From: Bdellovibrionales bacterium
Lineage (GTDB): Bacteria > Bdellovibrionota > Bdellovibrionia > Bdellovibrionales > JAGQZY01
Length of the DNA: 64,000 nucleotides
NCBI GenBank assembly: GCA_964230645.1
Contig: CAXRHT010000002.1
Span: 960,001 to 1,024,000 of the forward strand
Direction of reading: 5' to 3'
Below are positions 17,051 through 27,494 of the stretch, piece by piece. The translations under genes were made by a program, and so were the position numbers. Numbering within the stretch: the stretch's first letter is position 1; the number at the start of each line of letters is the position of its first letter. The notes under the pieces are model-generated. The model worked only from the letters and a program-made list of their open reading frames with translations. It searched no databases and was not told the DNA's origin.

Positions 17051-18583
17051 ATGCTCCTTGTTACCCGTTTTTTCGGAACCCCGAACTATCGTTTAGAAAT
17101 CTTAGCGGGCCTCACCGTGGCTTTAGCTCTTGTACCTGAAGCTGTTGCCTTTGCCTTTGTGGCTGGAGTGCCCCCTCTTGTCGGACTTTATGCCGCTTTT
17201 ATCGTTTGTTTAGTGACCTCCGTCATAGGTGGTAGACCTGGAATGATTTCTGGTGCTACTGGTGCTTTGGCCGTTGTTATGGTCTCTCTGGTTGCCAAAC
17301 ACGGTATTGATTATCTTTTTGCCACGGTCATTCTTATGGGGATTTTACAAATGCTCATGGGATTGATGAGGCTTGGTAAATTTATTCGACTGGTTCCAGA
17401 ACCCGTTATTTATGGTTTTGTGAATGGTCTAGCTATTGTGATCTTTTTAGCCCAGTTCTCGCAATTTAAGAGTCCGACTCCTGAGGGAACAATGGAATGG
17501 ATTCATGGTTTGGAGCTCTACCTAATGATTGGTCTGATTGCTTTAACTATGACGATCATTTACGTTCTTCCTAAGTTTACTAAAAAGTTTCCAGCCTCTT
17601 TAGCTGCGATTCTCGTTATTTCTGGTATTTGCTTAATTTTTGAATTGCCCACAAAAACAGTGGGTGATCTGGCCTCGATTAAAGGCTCTCTACCGAGCTT
17701 TGGAATCCCCTCTGTGCCTTGGAATCTTGAAACTCTAAAAATTATATTTCCCTACTCACTGATCCTTGCCTGTATTGGTTTGATTGAATCCCTTCTCACA
17801 TTAACTTTAGTGGATGAGCTCACAGAAACCCGTGGACAGGGAAACAGAGAATGTGTGGCTCAGGGAACCGCCAATATCATCACTGGCTTTTTTGGTGGAA
17901 TGGGTGGCTGTGCCATGATCGGTCAGAGTATTATCAATGTCACCTCAGGCGCTCGAACTCGAATTTCAGGGATTGTAGCCGCCCTCTTTTTACTGTCTTT
18001 TGTGGTCTTGGCCTCAAGCCTTATTGAACAAGTCCCAATCGCGGCTCTTGTGGGAGTAATGTTTATGGTCTGTGTGGGAACTTTTGAGTGGACAAGCTTC
18101 ACCATTCTTCACCGCATTCCAAAGAGTGATGCCTTGATTCTTGTTCTCGTTTCTGTGCTCACTGTGATCTTCGATCTCGCTATCGCTGTCATCGTTGGGG
18201 TTATTCTCTCCTCACTTATATTTGCCTGGCAGAGTGCTGTACGAATTAGAGCACGAAAGAGCATTGATGAAACAGGGGCAAAGCACTATGAAATTTGGGG
18301 GCCCTTATTTTTTGCCTCCACCTCCACTTTTCTGGAAAAATTCGATCCCCTCAATGACCCCGATGAGGTTTTCGTGGATTTTAAAGAGTCCCGTATTGTG
18401 GATCACAGCGGAATTGAAGCTTTGCAAAAACTCACGGACCGCTACGAGAAAGTGGGCAAGAAAGTGCGCCTCCGCCATTTGAGTGCCGACTGTCGTAGAC
18501 TCCTCAATACGGCCGGCCCCATGATCGAAGTAGATATCGAACAAGACCCCCATTATGGAGTGGTCTCTGATGACCTCGCCTAA
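17051..18583 (+). CDS. SulP family anion transporter with STAS domain
   Basis: LAGLTVALALVPEAVAFA, GGRPGMISG, GGMGGCAMIGQS, GPLFFAS. Confidence 0.95.
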   Translation: MLLVTRFFGTPNYRLEILAGLTVALALVPEAVAFAFVAGVPPLVGLYAAFIVCLVTSVIGGRPGMISGATGALAVVMVSLVAKHGIDYLFATVILMGILQMLMGLMRLGKFIRLVPEPVIYGFVNGLAIVIFLAQFSQFKSPTPEGTMEWIHGLELYLMIGLIALTMTIIYVLPKFTKKFPASLAAILVISGICLIFELPTKTVGDLASIKGSLPSFGIPSVPWNLETLKIIFPYSLILACIGLIESLLTLTLVDELTETRGQGNRECVAQGTANIITGFFGGMGGCAMIGQSIINVTSGARTRISGIVAALFLLSFVVLASSLIEQVPIAALVGVMFMVCVGTFEWTSFTILHRIPKSDALILVLVSVLTVIFDLAIAVIVGVILSSLIFAWQSAVRIRARKSIDETGAKHYEIWGPLFFASTSTFLEKFDPLNDPDEVFVDFKESRIVDHSGIEALQKLTDRYEKVGKKVRLRHLSADCRRLLNTAGPMIEVDIEQDPHYGVVSDDLA

Positions 18584-18683
18584 AGCGTCCATTCGTTCGA
18601 CAGTTTAACCGTGAGAAATATGAAATGTTTATATTTCCTGAGACTTTCTTTTAAAGAGAGCTAAACTCCCTTATATTAGGCCC

Positions 18684-19544
18684 ATGAGCCTAAAGAAGAT
18701 AATTCTGATCTTTTCTATTGTAATGATGTGCTTGGATTCTCACGCTTCATTGCAGTGTCATCAAATTTTCAGTCAAAGCCCGATTCAAGATGATTTGCTT
18801 TTTGTGCGTTATGGACGCATGCCCATTCGAGGTCGCCTTGTCTCCGGACCGGTCAAAGATTCGGCTTGGGTCGCAGCTCTTTTAGGACGTAACTCGGATA
18901 CCAATAATCCGGCCTGGGATTTTCGAATTTCACTACAAGATTCAATGAGAGTGTTCGAGTTTCCGATGTTTGAAGAAATTCGTCGGGAGGCTGCTGAAAA
19001 AGAAACCACCAAAAACGCCTCACAAAAGGGTCTTGAATTCGTCTATTCCCAGTTTGCTAAAGAGCTCGCCGCTAGAGAAGTGTTCACTGAAGAGTTTATT
19101 GAACAATTGAGACAAGAAGACCAGGCAAGACTTGAAGAAAATCTCACCTTTTGGGTGGCCTACGATAATTCGGGAGGCATTGCGGGTGCCTGGGGGATAT
19201 ACTCTCATCCCGACGGCCCCTTTGAGGGAAAAATTGAAATCATCCGAACGGCCTCGCAGAGAAAGTCTCCCTTTTCTCTTGTAAGAATGCTACCCATGCT
19301 CACTGAGTACCTCCATGTCTTGGAACTTGAATCGGGAACTCTCGTTATGAGAACCGATAAAAGAGGCTCTCAACTTTTTCAAAGTTATGGCGCCAAGATT
19401 GTCGAGCAATATGACCAAGGCCGAAAGTTTGTGCTAGAGATCTCGATTAATGAATTTATGGAGCTTTATCCTGCTCCTGATATAGAAAATGGCTCAAGGC
19501 CTCTGCGTTTAGTGCGTTTTCTCGACGAAAACTTTATTCACTAA
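18684..19544 (+). CDS. Secreted hypothetical protein, possible C-terminal GNAT-like fold
   Basis: Signal peptide ending SHA; LFQSYGAKIV resembles a GNAT C-terminal motif (weak). Confidence 0.55.
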   Translation: MSLKKIILIFSIVMMCLDSHASLQCHQIFSQSPIQDDLLFVRYGRMPIRGRLVSGPVKDSAWVAALLGRNSDTNNPAWDFRISLQDSMRVFEFPMFEEIRREAAEKETTKNASQKGLEFVYSQFAKELAAREVFTEEFIEQLRQEDQARLEENLTFWVAYDNSGGIAGAWGIYSHPDGPFEGKIEIIRTASQRKSPFSLVRMLPMLTEYLHVLELESGTLVMRTDKRGSQLFQSYGAKIVEQYDQGRKFVLEISINEFMELYPAPDIENGSRPLRLVRFLDENFIH

Positions 19545-20547
19545 TGAGATCTTCAAGATGAATTTTAGCCTCGCCTTGGGAAGTACAAATCATTCCATCA
19601 ACGCAGAGATAAAAAATAGAAACACCAGCATTAAAAAAACGACCAAAGGCGTATTCTCCTTGAATCCTTATGACTTCAAATTGCACTTTCCAATTGTCAC
19701 CATTGCCGAACACTTTTGAGTCGTCATTCAGATCATAGAGAAGACTAAAAGTTTTAACTCGGTAAGTTTCCCCTTCACGAATGTTTGCCGCGACATTTGG
19801 TAGGTCTGGTTGTGACTCCAAAGTATGTGTGACATTTTCTTGATCCAAAGAGAACACTTCAAGAGCCTTATATGAGCTAATCATTAAAGAGCGCTGGGAA
19901 AAATCTTTTCCACTCGACGAACCAATATCAAAAACCTGATCATCGGCGACACAATAAAGACTCCCGCCAGAGTCTCCAGCCATAACCGTAAACTGCAGAG
20001 AATTGCTATAAACCAAATATTGCGCGTTTTGTGAAACTCCGAAGGGTGGAACCAGCGTCTCTTTATAAAATCCGAGACGTTGCTTTTCTTCATTCACTCC
20101 ATAGCCTGTGAAAAAACAAAAGTCTGCAACAAGTATTATGTTACGAGTTTCTTGCCAACTTTGGGGAATTTTACCGAAGGGACGATGGGACATCTCACCT
20201 TGAGTGTCGATCAGAGCCAGGTCAAAAAGACGCTCCCCTCTTTTGTATCCCGCACGCTGGGTAGAAAAATGGGGATGAATTTCGGGGAGCTCCACTTCAA
20301 GTTCTGTTGAACCGGGACAAAGAAGTTTCACAGACTCGGCTTTTTCAAAACAATGAGCGGCCGTTTTGAAAAATCCGTTTCCAATATGATTGGCTGAACA
20401 GAAAGCTTCGCCGGAATTTTTTTGGATTTTCACGAGGCACGAAGCCTCATTAAACATTAAGGGACTTTGCGAGCGTCCCAAGGCCGAAAACACAGAAGAA
20501 CTAAGCAATAAAAGAAAAATAAAAAATAAAAATTGTCCCCTAAACAC
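19534..20547 (-). CDS. Secreted trypsin-like (S1) serine protease
   Basis: TAAHC, DLALI, GDSGG. Confidence 0.9.
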   Translation of the reverse strand: MFRGQFLFFIFLLLLSSSVFSALGRSQSPLMFNEASCLVKIQKNSGEAFCSANHIGNGFFKTAAHCFEKAESVKLLCPGSTELEVELPEIHPHFSTQRAGYKRGERLFDLALIDTQGEMSHRPFGKIPQSWQETRNIILVADFCFFTGYGVNEEKQRLGFYKETLVPPFGVSQNAQYLVYSNSLQFTVMAGDSGGSLYCVADDQVFDIGSSSGKDFSQRSLMISSYKALEVFSLDQENVTHTLESQPDLPNVAANIREGETYRVKTFSLLYDLNDDSKVFGNGDNWKVQFEVIRIQGEYAFGRFFNAGVSIFYLCVDGMICTSQGEAKIHLEDLISE

Positions 20548-20633
20548 AGGCTCAAGACTAAACGACTTCTAAAAGGTTTTCTATTGAGAATCCACAAGCA
20601 TGAATATATTTCGGTAATTCACTAGAATCAGTA

Positions 20634-21491
20634 TCACTTTTTGACAAGCTCAGGGAGCCAAGACTCTACTTCTTTGAGATGAAGACCTAGACTCTCCATT
20701 TTGTCACAGTTCATATACCAGTCTTCTTTGATACCGTAAGGGGAATGATTCTCCTCTGTAGCACTCCCAGCCCAGTTAATTTTCCCTTGAGTTTCCTTTT
20801 CAATCAGTTCTAAAAAACTTCTTAAAGAGATCGCTGTGGGACTGGCCACATTGATGGGTCCGTTAAAATGGGAGCGTCCTAAAAAACCTAAAGCTCTCGC
20901 CGCATCAGAAGCCTGTATAAATGAGATATTGGCATCAGGATTTGGGAAATAAATAGGCTTTGATTCTTTGATCCGCTCTCTATGAAAACGAAATCTTTTA
21001 GTGTAATCATCTTCTCCAATCACGACTGGAAAACGTACCATGGTGACAGGAAAATCCGCTTTGGTTGCAAACGCCACTTCCGCCTGGCGTTTGGCTTCAC
21101 CGTAATTGGATTCCATGGTTTCTTTTTTCTCAAACGAATAGTTTTTGGGATCAAAACTTTCTTCTTTTAAATTTTCTCCCGGATCGTAGACCGATTGTGA
21201 GGAGGTAAATATGTAACGAGCCGTTTTATCAGCAAAAATCTCGCAAGCTTCTTGAGCGCTTTGGTAATCAAAACAAATTTGGTCGAAAACAATATCCCAG
21301 TGCAGGTTTTTGATTTGATTTTTGAACTCTTGTTTATTGGTGCGATCGCCTCGGAGCTCCGTCAGATCGCCATCAAATTTTAATTTTTCACTGCCTCGAT
21401 TGAATACAAAAACCGAGTGCCCTTCATTTAAAAGGTTTTGAACCAAGCGTTTACCAAAAAAACGGCTGCCACCAATCACAAGTGCTTTCAT
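20634..21491 (-). CDS. NAD-dependent epimerase/dehydratase (atypical SDR)
   Basis: VIGGSRFFG, YGEAK. Confidence 0.88.
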   Translation of the reverse strand: MKALVIGGSRFFGKRLVQNLLNEGHSVFVFNRGSEKLKFDGDLTELRGDRTNKQEFKNQIKNLHWDIVFDQICFDYQSAQEACEIFADKTARYIFTSSQSVYDPGENLKEESFDPKNYSFEKKETMESNYGEAKRQAEVAFATKADFPVTMVRFPVVIGEDDYTKRFRFHRERIKESKPIYFPNPDANISFIQASDAARALGFLGRSHFNGPINVASPTAISLRSFLELIEKETQGKINWAGSATEENHSPYGIKEDWYMNCDKMESLGLHLKEVESWLPELVKK

Positions 21492-21683
21492 AAGATGCAC
21501 TCCTTTCTTCTTTTTTATTTATACAAAAGGCTATTTCAAGAGTCTTGTGTTATTCCCTACGCAATATTAGGTAAATACGCCTAGATTTCGATCATCTCGA
21601 ACTTAATTACGGACGCTGGTCCTTGAAATGCCGCTTTTAAATAAGGTACACTTGGACCGAGAACTGCAACCATCAAGGGACTC

Positions 21684-23228
21684 ATGGAATCTGGTGAAAT
21701 TTTAAGCAAAAGACTCAACGAGAGCTTCGGTCTCAAATCCTTTCGAAAAGGACAGGAAGCCATCATCCAATCGGTATTAGGAGCCAACGACACCTTAGCT
21801 GTGATGCCAACAGGGGGAGGAAAGTCTCTTTGCTATCAACTCCCCGCCATGGAACTCGGTGGAATCGTCATTGTCATCAGTCCTCTTATTGCCCTTATGA
21901 AAGATCAGGTCCAACAGCTAAAGAAATTAAATATTCCTTCCGGCTGTCTGCATTCCGGTCAAAGCATGGACGAAAAAAGAGAAGTCTTCTCTGAAATGAA
22001 AACCTCCAACTCTTTCATCCTCTACCTTTCCCCAGAAAGAGTACAAAACCCTGGTTTTGCCAAATGGGTGAAAAAACAAAACAACATTGTTTTATTCGCC
22101 ATTGATGAGGCTCACTGCGTGTCGCAATGGGGCCCCGATTTTCGAGAGGACTATCATAAACTAAAACTTCTTAGAGAACTCAAAGAGGATGTTCCAATCC
22201 TAGCTCTTACAGCCACGGCAACACCCGAGGTTTTAAGGGATGTTGCAAGACAACTAGGACTGCAAGAACCGGAACGTCATGTTTATGGTTTCTACCGCCC
22301 GAATCTTTATTACCAGGTGGAAGTCTGCCAAAACGACGATGAAAAAAGAGCCTATATTCACGGAGCTGTGAAAGCCACCCCCGAGGGTCGGGTTTTAATT
22401 TACTGTGGTACCAGAAGACAAACCGAAGAACTGGCTCAGGAATTGAGTCTCACTTTTGATGGTGTGTCTTACTACCACGCAGGCCTTGATTCCGAGACAC
22501 GAAAGAATGTTCAAAAAAGAATGTCGGAAGGTAAGATTCGCATTCTCACGGCTACCAACGCTTTTGGAATGGGAATCGATTATCCTGATGTGAGGCTCGT
22601 TATTCACTATGCGATGCCAGCAAACATTGAATCCTTCTATCAAGAGATGGGACGTGCGGGACGAGATGGAAAACCGGCCACTTGTCTTATGCTTTACGCG
22701 AAAAAAGACAAGGGACTGCAGTCCTTTTTTATCCAACAGTCCGATGCGGATAAGTCCACTATCAGGAGACGTTGGAATGGCCTTGATGCCATCACTCGTT
22801 TTATTGAGGGAGGAGAGTGCCGTCACTCTGGTATTCTGACCTATTTCAAAGACAGCGACCGAATAGAGGCCTGTGGTCATTGTGATGTGTGCGCTCCGGC
22901 CTCAGATCTAAAAAAGAAACCTGATCCGGCCTACACCATTTCACCAGCCTCACCGAAGAAGAAAAAGCGAAGTAAATCGGTTCCAAAAGAAATGATCCTT
23001 GTGGACGATGACGCTAAAAAACGACACGATCATCTTAAGGAATGGCGAAAATCTTTTGCTAAGAAAAATGATCTTCCAGCCTTTATGATCTTTAGTAATA
23101 AAAGTCTAACGGACCTTGCTAATAAAAACCCACAAACTCTTGATGAGCTCGAAAACGTCTACGGCTTTGGCCCGGCGAAAGTTGAAGGCATGGGCGAAGA
23201 GATTTTGGATAGCCTTAAGGGCCTTTAA
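21684..23228 (+). CDS. recQ: RecQ-family helicase with Zn-binding and HRDC domains
   Basis: MPTGGGKS, DEAH, QEMGRAGRDG, CRH...CGHCDVC, HRDC (LPAFMIFSNKSL). Confidence 0.93.
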   Translation: MESGEILSKRLNESFGLKSFRKGQEAIIQSVLGANDTLAVMPTGGGKSLCYQLPAMELGGIVIVISPLIALMKDQVQQLKKLNIPSGCLHSGQSMDEKREVFSEMKTSNSFILYLSPERVQNPGFAKWVKKQNNIVLFAIDEAHCVSQWGPDFREDYHKLKLLRELKEDVPILALTATATPEVLRDVARQLGLQEPERHVYGFYRPNLYYQVEVCQNDDEKRAYIHGAVKATPEGRVLIYCGTRRQTEELAQELSLTFDGVSYYHAGLDSETRKNVQKRMSEGKIRILTATNAFGMGIDYPDVRLVIHYAMPANIESFYQEMGRAGRDGKPATCLMLYAKKDKGLQSFFIQQSDADKSTIRRRWNGLDAITRFIEGGECRHSGILTYFKDSDRIEACGHCDVCAPASDLKKKPDPAYTISPASPKKKKRSKSVPKEMILVDDDAKKRHDHLKEWRKSFAKKNDLPAFMIFSNKSLTDLANKNPQTLDELENVYGFGPAKVEGMGEEILDSLKGL

Positions 23229-23278
23229 AACTTTTAACTGATTAGAAACAGCTGGGATTTTATCTCACAAATCCTTTT

Positions 23279-23695
23279 TTAGAATTTATAAGGTGAATCG
23301 GGTACCTTGTTGCCGGGATCTTTCTCGGAATTCACTATGACTTGAGCGCATGCTTCAATATTGTTTTCCTCAATGCCAGAGCCAGAGGTTTTAAAAAATG
23401 ACTGGCCCGTCTCTATAGAGACCACGCATTGTGAGTAATCCTCTCCGACAGAATAATAGTAAGATTTCCACCTCAATTCTCCAGTCGGCTCAAAACCAAT
23501 TTCTTTATAAGTTTGAGGGTAAAATCCTAATTCTCTCTTAGCTATTTCATTAGCGTTATGAAGAGCCCCCATTATAGCAAAGGCCTCCTTCTCACCGGCT
23601 TCCTGCGATAACTTCGGTACAACAGTGGTGAAAGCCCAACCAAGGCCAAATCCTAAAATTAATCCAATCCACAAAAACAGTACTTTATTTTTCAT
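23279..23695 (-). CDS. Hypothetical protein with N-terminal TM and pilin-like helix
   Basis: TM, then EKEAFAIMGALHNANEIAKRELGFY...EIGFEP, resembling a type IV pilin head. Confidence 0.5.
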   Translation of the reverse strand: MKNKVLFLWIGLILGFGLGWAFTTVVPKLSQEAGEKEAFAIMGALHNANEIAKRELGFYPQTYKEIGFEPTGELRWKSYYYSVGEDYSQCVVSIETGQSFFKTSGSGIEENNIEACAQVIVNSEKDPGNKVPDSPYKF

Positions 23696-23781
23696 GACTC
23701 TTTATTTCCGCAACTTGTAATTCTGTCAAGCACTACAACTATTCCTGAAAATCTCAATTCGGCACATTTGACTTTTATAAT

Positions 23782-23808
23782 TAATATTTATTTAATTTGC
23801 ACCGATAG
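23782..23808 (+). promoter_or_regulatory. FliA-like promoter
   Basis: TAAT-N15-ACCGATAG, 6 nt before the ATG. Confidence 0.45.
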
Positions 23809-23814
23809 AACTTT

Positions 23815-24360
23815 ATGGATAAGGAATCAGATAAAAAAGAAATCATAAGATGCCCCGCCTGTGATGGCGCCATCACAAAAGGCGTTACGAAATGTAAGCA
23901 TTGCCGCCATAGACTGAGCCGAAACCCGCTAAAAGATACAGATTTTGTAAGCTTTGTATTATCCTTTGCTGTGGTCATGATTATTATTAGAGGGACAGTC
24001 TATTTTACCTTCCCATCCTTCGAATACACTGAACCAAAAAAATTTAGTAGAAATGACAAGCAAATAGAAGTTGTGGAACACAGACTTCAAAAAGAAAAAG
24101 ATAATTTGAAGATACTCGGAAATATTAAAAACAATGGCCCTGATACTTGGAGCGGTATTTCGATTGAAGTTCATCTTTACAACAAAGAGGATCAACTTGT
24201 CGATATAATTAAAAGTTATGTTAGCGGAAATATTTCACCTGGTGAAACAAGGCCTTTTAAAGCCACTAACAAATGTGGAGATGAAGAGGCAATAAGCTTT
24301 CATGAGTATAAAGTCTTCATAAAAGATGCTTTTCACGAACAGGTTCAAACAGATGGCTGA
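23815..24360 (+). CDS. Zinc-ribbon, TM and FxLYD-like periplasmic domain protein
   Basis: CPAC...CKHC; ILGNIKNNG, VHLYN, ISPGETRPF. Confidence 0.75.
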   Translation: MDKESDKKEIIRCPACDGAITKGVTKCKHCRHRLSRNPLKDTDFVSFVLSFAVVMIIIRGTVYFTFPSFEYTEPKKFSRNDKQIEVVEHRLQKEKDNLKILGNIKNNGPDTWSGISIEVHLYNKEDQLVDIIKSYVSGNISPGETRPFKATNKCGDEEAISFHEYKVFIKDAFHEQVQTDG

Positions 24361-24369
24361 GTTAAAATT

Positions 24370-25368
24370 TCAAATCATCAGATAAAGGCTGAGGACGTAG
24401 AGAAGGCCTATGGTTAAACTCTCACGTCCAATCCCTCCTACCCCCTGCCGCTCTCGTCTTAATAGGCCCATTGCAAGAATGGCTGTCATTAGAATGATGA
24501 GGCTGATGTAGGAAATATGGGTTGCGGACATCGCATGATATATGGAACCTTCGGTGTAGGTAATATCAGAGAAAGCTAAGAATAAAACATCAAAAGTATT
24601 ACCACCCACAATTCCACCAACCGCTAAGGTTAAAGCTCCCCTTCTTACCGCTGCAAATGTCGTAATAAGTTCTGGAAGGGAGGTGATGGTGGCTGTGAGA
24701 AGAGCACCTAGAAGAGAGTGACTGATTCCCCAAGACTGGGCTAGATGAACGCCACTTTCTTTGATAGCAAATCCCGCCCCCACGAGAACCACCATAAAAA
24801 GCAAAAACTTTATGACAAGAGCTTTTAATACAGGCCCCCCTTGCTCTTCATCGGGGGTGTCTTCCACGGTGTGTTTTGTGGAGCGAGGAAACCACATGGG
24901 GTGCTGTTTCTGTTCCTGACAGTAGCGAAGGCCAAAAAGATAGAAACAAAATAAAAACAAAGTAGCTGGGTGAATCCCCCACCAAGTGGTGGCGGGCATT
25001 TGTGTTGCCACTATAGGAATACACAAAAGACAGATAAGAAGAATGGAGAGCATGATATTACTCAGTGAGGCCGCTGCATGTTCCAAATTGGCCTTGCGGT
25101 ATGAGATATCTGCAAGCACGAGGAAAAAGGTTTGTGCTGCAATTCCGCCAATTGCATTACTGACAGCAAGGTCGGTGAGCCCCTCGTAGGCTGAGGCCAT
25201 TGAAAGCACACTTCCAGAAATGGATGTTGTTGCACCAAGTGCTATCGCCCCAAAAAAGGCCTCTCCAATTCCCGTTCGGTCCGCCAAGCGATCGGCTAAA
25301 GTGGTCATGCGTGTGCCGACATAGGCCACTATTACGGCCGAAAGAATAAAAACAAAATAATCCATCAA
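24370..25368 (-). CDS. Sodium/calcium exchanger family protein
   Basis: GATTS, TSLPE, GGNTFD alpha repeats. Confidence 0.9.
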   Translation of the reverse strand: MMDYFVFILSAVIVAYVGTRMTTLADRLADRTGIGEAFFGAIALGATTSISGSVLSMASAYEGLTDLAVSNAIGGIAAQTFFLVLADISYRKANLEHAAASLSNIMLSILLICLLCIPIVATQMPATTWWGIHPATLFLFCFYLFGLRYCQEQKQHPMWFPRSTKHTVEDTPDEEQGGPVLKALVIKFLLFMVVLVGAGFAIKESGVHLAQSWGISHSLLGALLTATITSLPELITTFAAVRRGALTLAVGGIVGGNTFDVLFLAFSDITYTEGSIYHAMSATHISYISLIILMTAILAMGLLRRERQGVGGIGRESLTIGLLYVLSLYLMI

Positions 25369-25389
25369 AAAACTCTAATCCTCTGGTTT

Positions 25390-27321
25390 TCAGTTTTTGA
25401 TTTTAAACCATGGAATGACTCCGCCGGCTTTTAAGACATCAATCTGTCGCTCGGAAAGACTGTGCTTGGCTGAGATCTCTTTGCCTCCCAGGGTAACTTT
25501 CACGGATTCGCCTTTGTCCACTTGTTCCCATAGGGAATCAATTTTTAGAGAATCGCCCTCTTCAATGGCCTCATAGTCTTTTGGATCATTGAACTCTAAG
25601 GGAAGCACCCCAAAGAGAATAAGATTTTGCCAGTGAATTCGAGCAAAGCCTTTAGCGATCACCACTCGCAAACCAAGATGAAAGGGGGCCAGTGCTGCGT
25701 GCTCTCGGCTTGAGCCTTGGCCATAATTTTCTCCTCCGATGATGGCATGAAGAGTTTTTTTCTTCTGCACGAACTCCTGGTACCGAGGGGCGTGTTGGTA
25801 GTAAACATAGGTGCTGATCTTTTCAATATTACTCCGAAAGGGAAGCACTTCAGAACCCGCAGGCAAGATTTCGTCTGTGGAGATATCATCTCCTACTTTT
25901 AAACCAACAGGCACGTCGATATTTTCAGAAATGGGATCTGGCTTGGGTAAGCTCTTAATGTTGGGCCCCTTAACCAACTCTTGCTTCTTTGCTTCTTCAA
26001 GAGGAAGGGGCTCATCGTAGAGACCTTCAACAACCTTCCAATCATCCGGCTCTTCGATTTTAGGGTAAGGAATTGATAAACTTCTAGGGTCCGTGATTTT
26101 CCCTGTGAGAGCTGAAGCGGCCGCCACTTCGGGACTCACTAGAAAAACACGATCTTCTTTAGTCCCCGACCGGCCTGGGAAATTTCTAGGGACTGTGCGA
26201 AGACTATTCTGATGGGAGGCTGGCGCCTGGCCCATTCCAATGCAACCATTACAACCTATCTGGTGTAGTCTTCCTCCAGCCGTTAACAAAGGTTGCAAAT
26301 ATCGTTGTTCTGCTAAATTCTCCATAATTTCTCTAGAGGAAATATTAATATCAAGAGATACATCTGAGGGTACTCTTTTGTCTCGAACAATCTCCCCACT
26401 GACAGCAAAATCCCGAAAACCAGGATTAGCAGACGAGCCTATGTAGGCTTGATAAATCTTTTCCCCTTCCACCTCTGAGAGGGGGACCACATTGCCAGGA
26501 CTACTGGGTTTGGCAATAAGGGGTTCAAGCTCACTCATATTAATTTTATCATGTTGATCATAATCGCAACCTGCATCGGCTTCTTGCTTGGACCAATCTT
26601 TTTCACGCTTGTTTCGTTTCAAAAAATCTTTGGTGATTTCATCGGATGGAAAAACAGAGGTTGTCGCTCCAAGTTCGGCTCCCATATTCGCAATCACATG
26701 GCGATCCATAGCACTTAGATTTTTCACTCCAGGGCCATAGTACTCGATAATTCGGTTAACACCTCCACGAACACCGTGACGTCTGAGCATTTCAAGGATC
26801 ACATTTTTTGCCGACACCCAATCGGGAAGCTCTCCTGTTAGTTCGACTCCCCATATCTCTGGCATTTTAAAGTAATAAGGCTCACCCGCCATGGCCATGG
26901 CGATATCAAGACCACCAGAACCAATGGCTAACATTCCAAGAGAGCCTGCGGCACAAGTATGGGAATCCGATCCAAGAAGCGTCTCGCCTGGAAGACCGAG
27001 GCGACTCATATGAACCACATGACTAATGCCATTTCCTGGGCGACTAAAATGGAGGCCAAATCGAGCCGCGGCACTTTTTAAAAAAAGATGATCGTCCGGA
27101 TTTTTATTATCCGTTTGTAAAAGGTTGTGATCCACATAAATGGAGCTATTATGAGTTTTCACACGCTCAAGCTCCATCTGCTCAAGCTCTAGCATCACAA
27201 GAGTACCTGTGGCATCTTGGCAGAGCGCTTGATCAATGGAAATGCCCACTTCCTTGCCGGCTTGGGCTTTTCCTGAGACTAAATGACTTTCGATAAGTTT
27301 TTGACTGAGGTTTTTCTTCAT
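25390..27321 (-). CDS. Aconitate hydratase (short aconitase-family type)
   Basis: QDATG, GSDSHT, GCNGCIG, STDEI, GSSREHA. Confidence 0.9.
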   Translation of the reverse strand: MKKNLSQKLIESHLVSGKAQAGKEVGISIDQALCQDATGTLVMLELEQMELERVKTHNSSIYVDHNLLQTDNKNPDDHLFLKSAAARFGLHFSRPGNGISHVVHMSRLGLPGETLLGSDSHTCAAGSLGMLAIGSGGLDIAMAMAGEPYYFKMPEIWGVELTGELPDWVSAKNVILEMLRRHGVRGGVNRIIEYYGPGVKNLSAMDRHVIANMGAELGATTSVFPSDEITKDFLKRNKREKDWSKQEADAGCDYDQHDKINMSELEPLIAKPSSPGNVVPLSEVEGEKIYQAYIGSSANPGFRDFAVSGEIVRDKRVPSDVSLDINISSREIMENLAEQRYLQPLLTAGGRLHQIGCNGCIGMGQAPASHQNSLRTVPRNFPGRSGTKEDRVFLVSPEVAAASALTGKITDPRSLSIPYPKIEEPDDWKVVEGLYDEPLPLEEAKKQELVKGPNIKSLPKPDPISENIDVPVGLKVGDDISTDEILPAGSEVLPFRSNIEKISTYVYYQHAPRYQEFVQKKKTLHAIIGGENYGQGSSREHAALAPFHLGLRVVIAKGFARIHWQNLILFGVLPLEFNDPKDYEAIEEGDSLKIDSLWEQVDKGESVKVTLGGKEISAKHSLSERQIDVLKAGGVIPWFKIKN

Positions 27322-27494
27322 CTCTCTAGTCTAATACAAAATATAAAAATTCAATGAGTTTCCTTTGATTCAAATTTGTAGATATGTTCATAAATGGCCC
27401 CACTCATATTTCGGCTGAGACGAGAGAGCGCAGTTTTCATCCAAACCCTGCGCCTCTCTAGCCTTTTATCACTGTGCCAAAGAAAATAAGCCTT

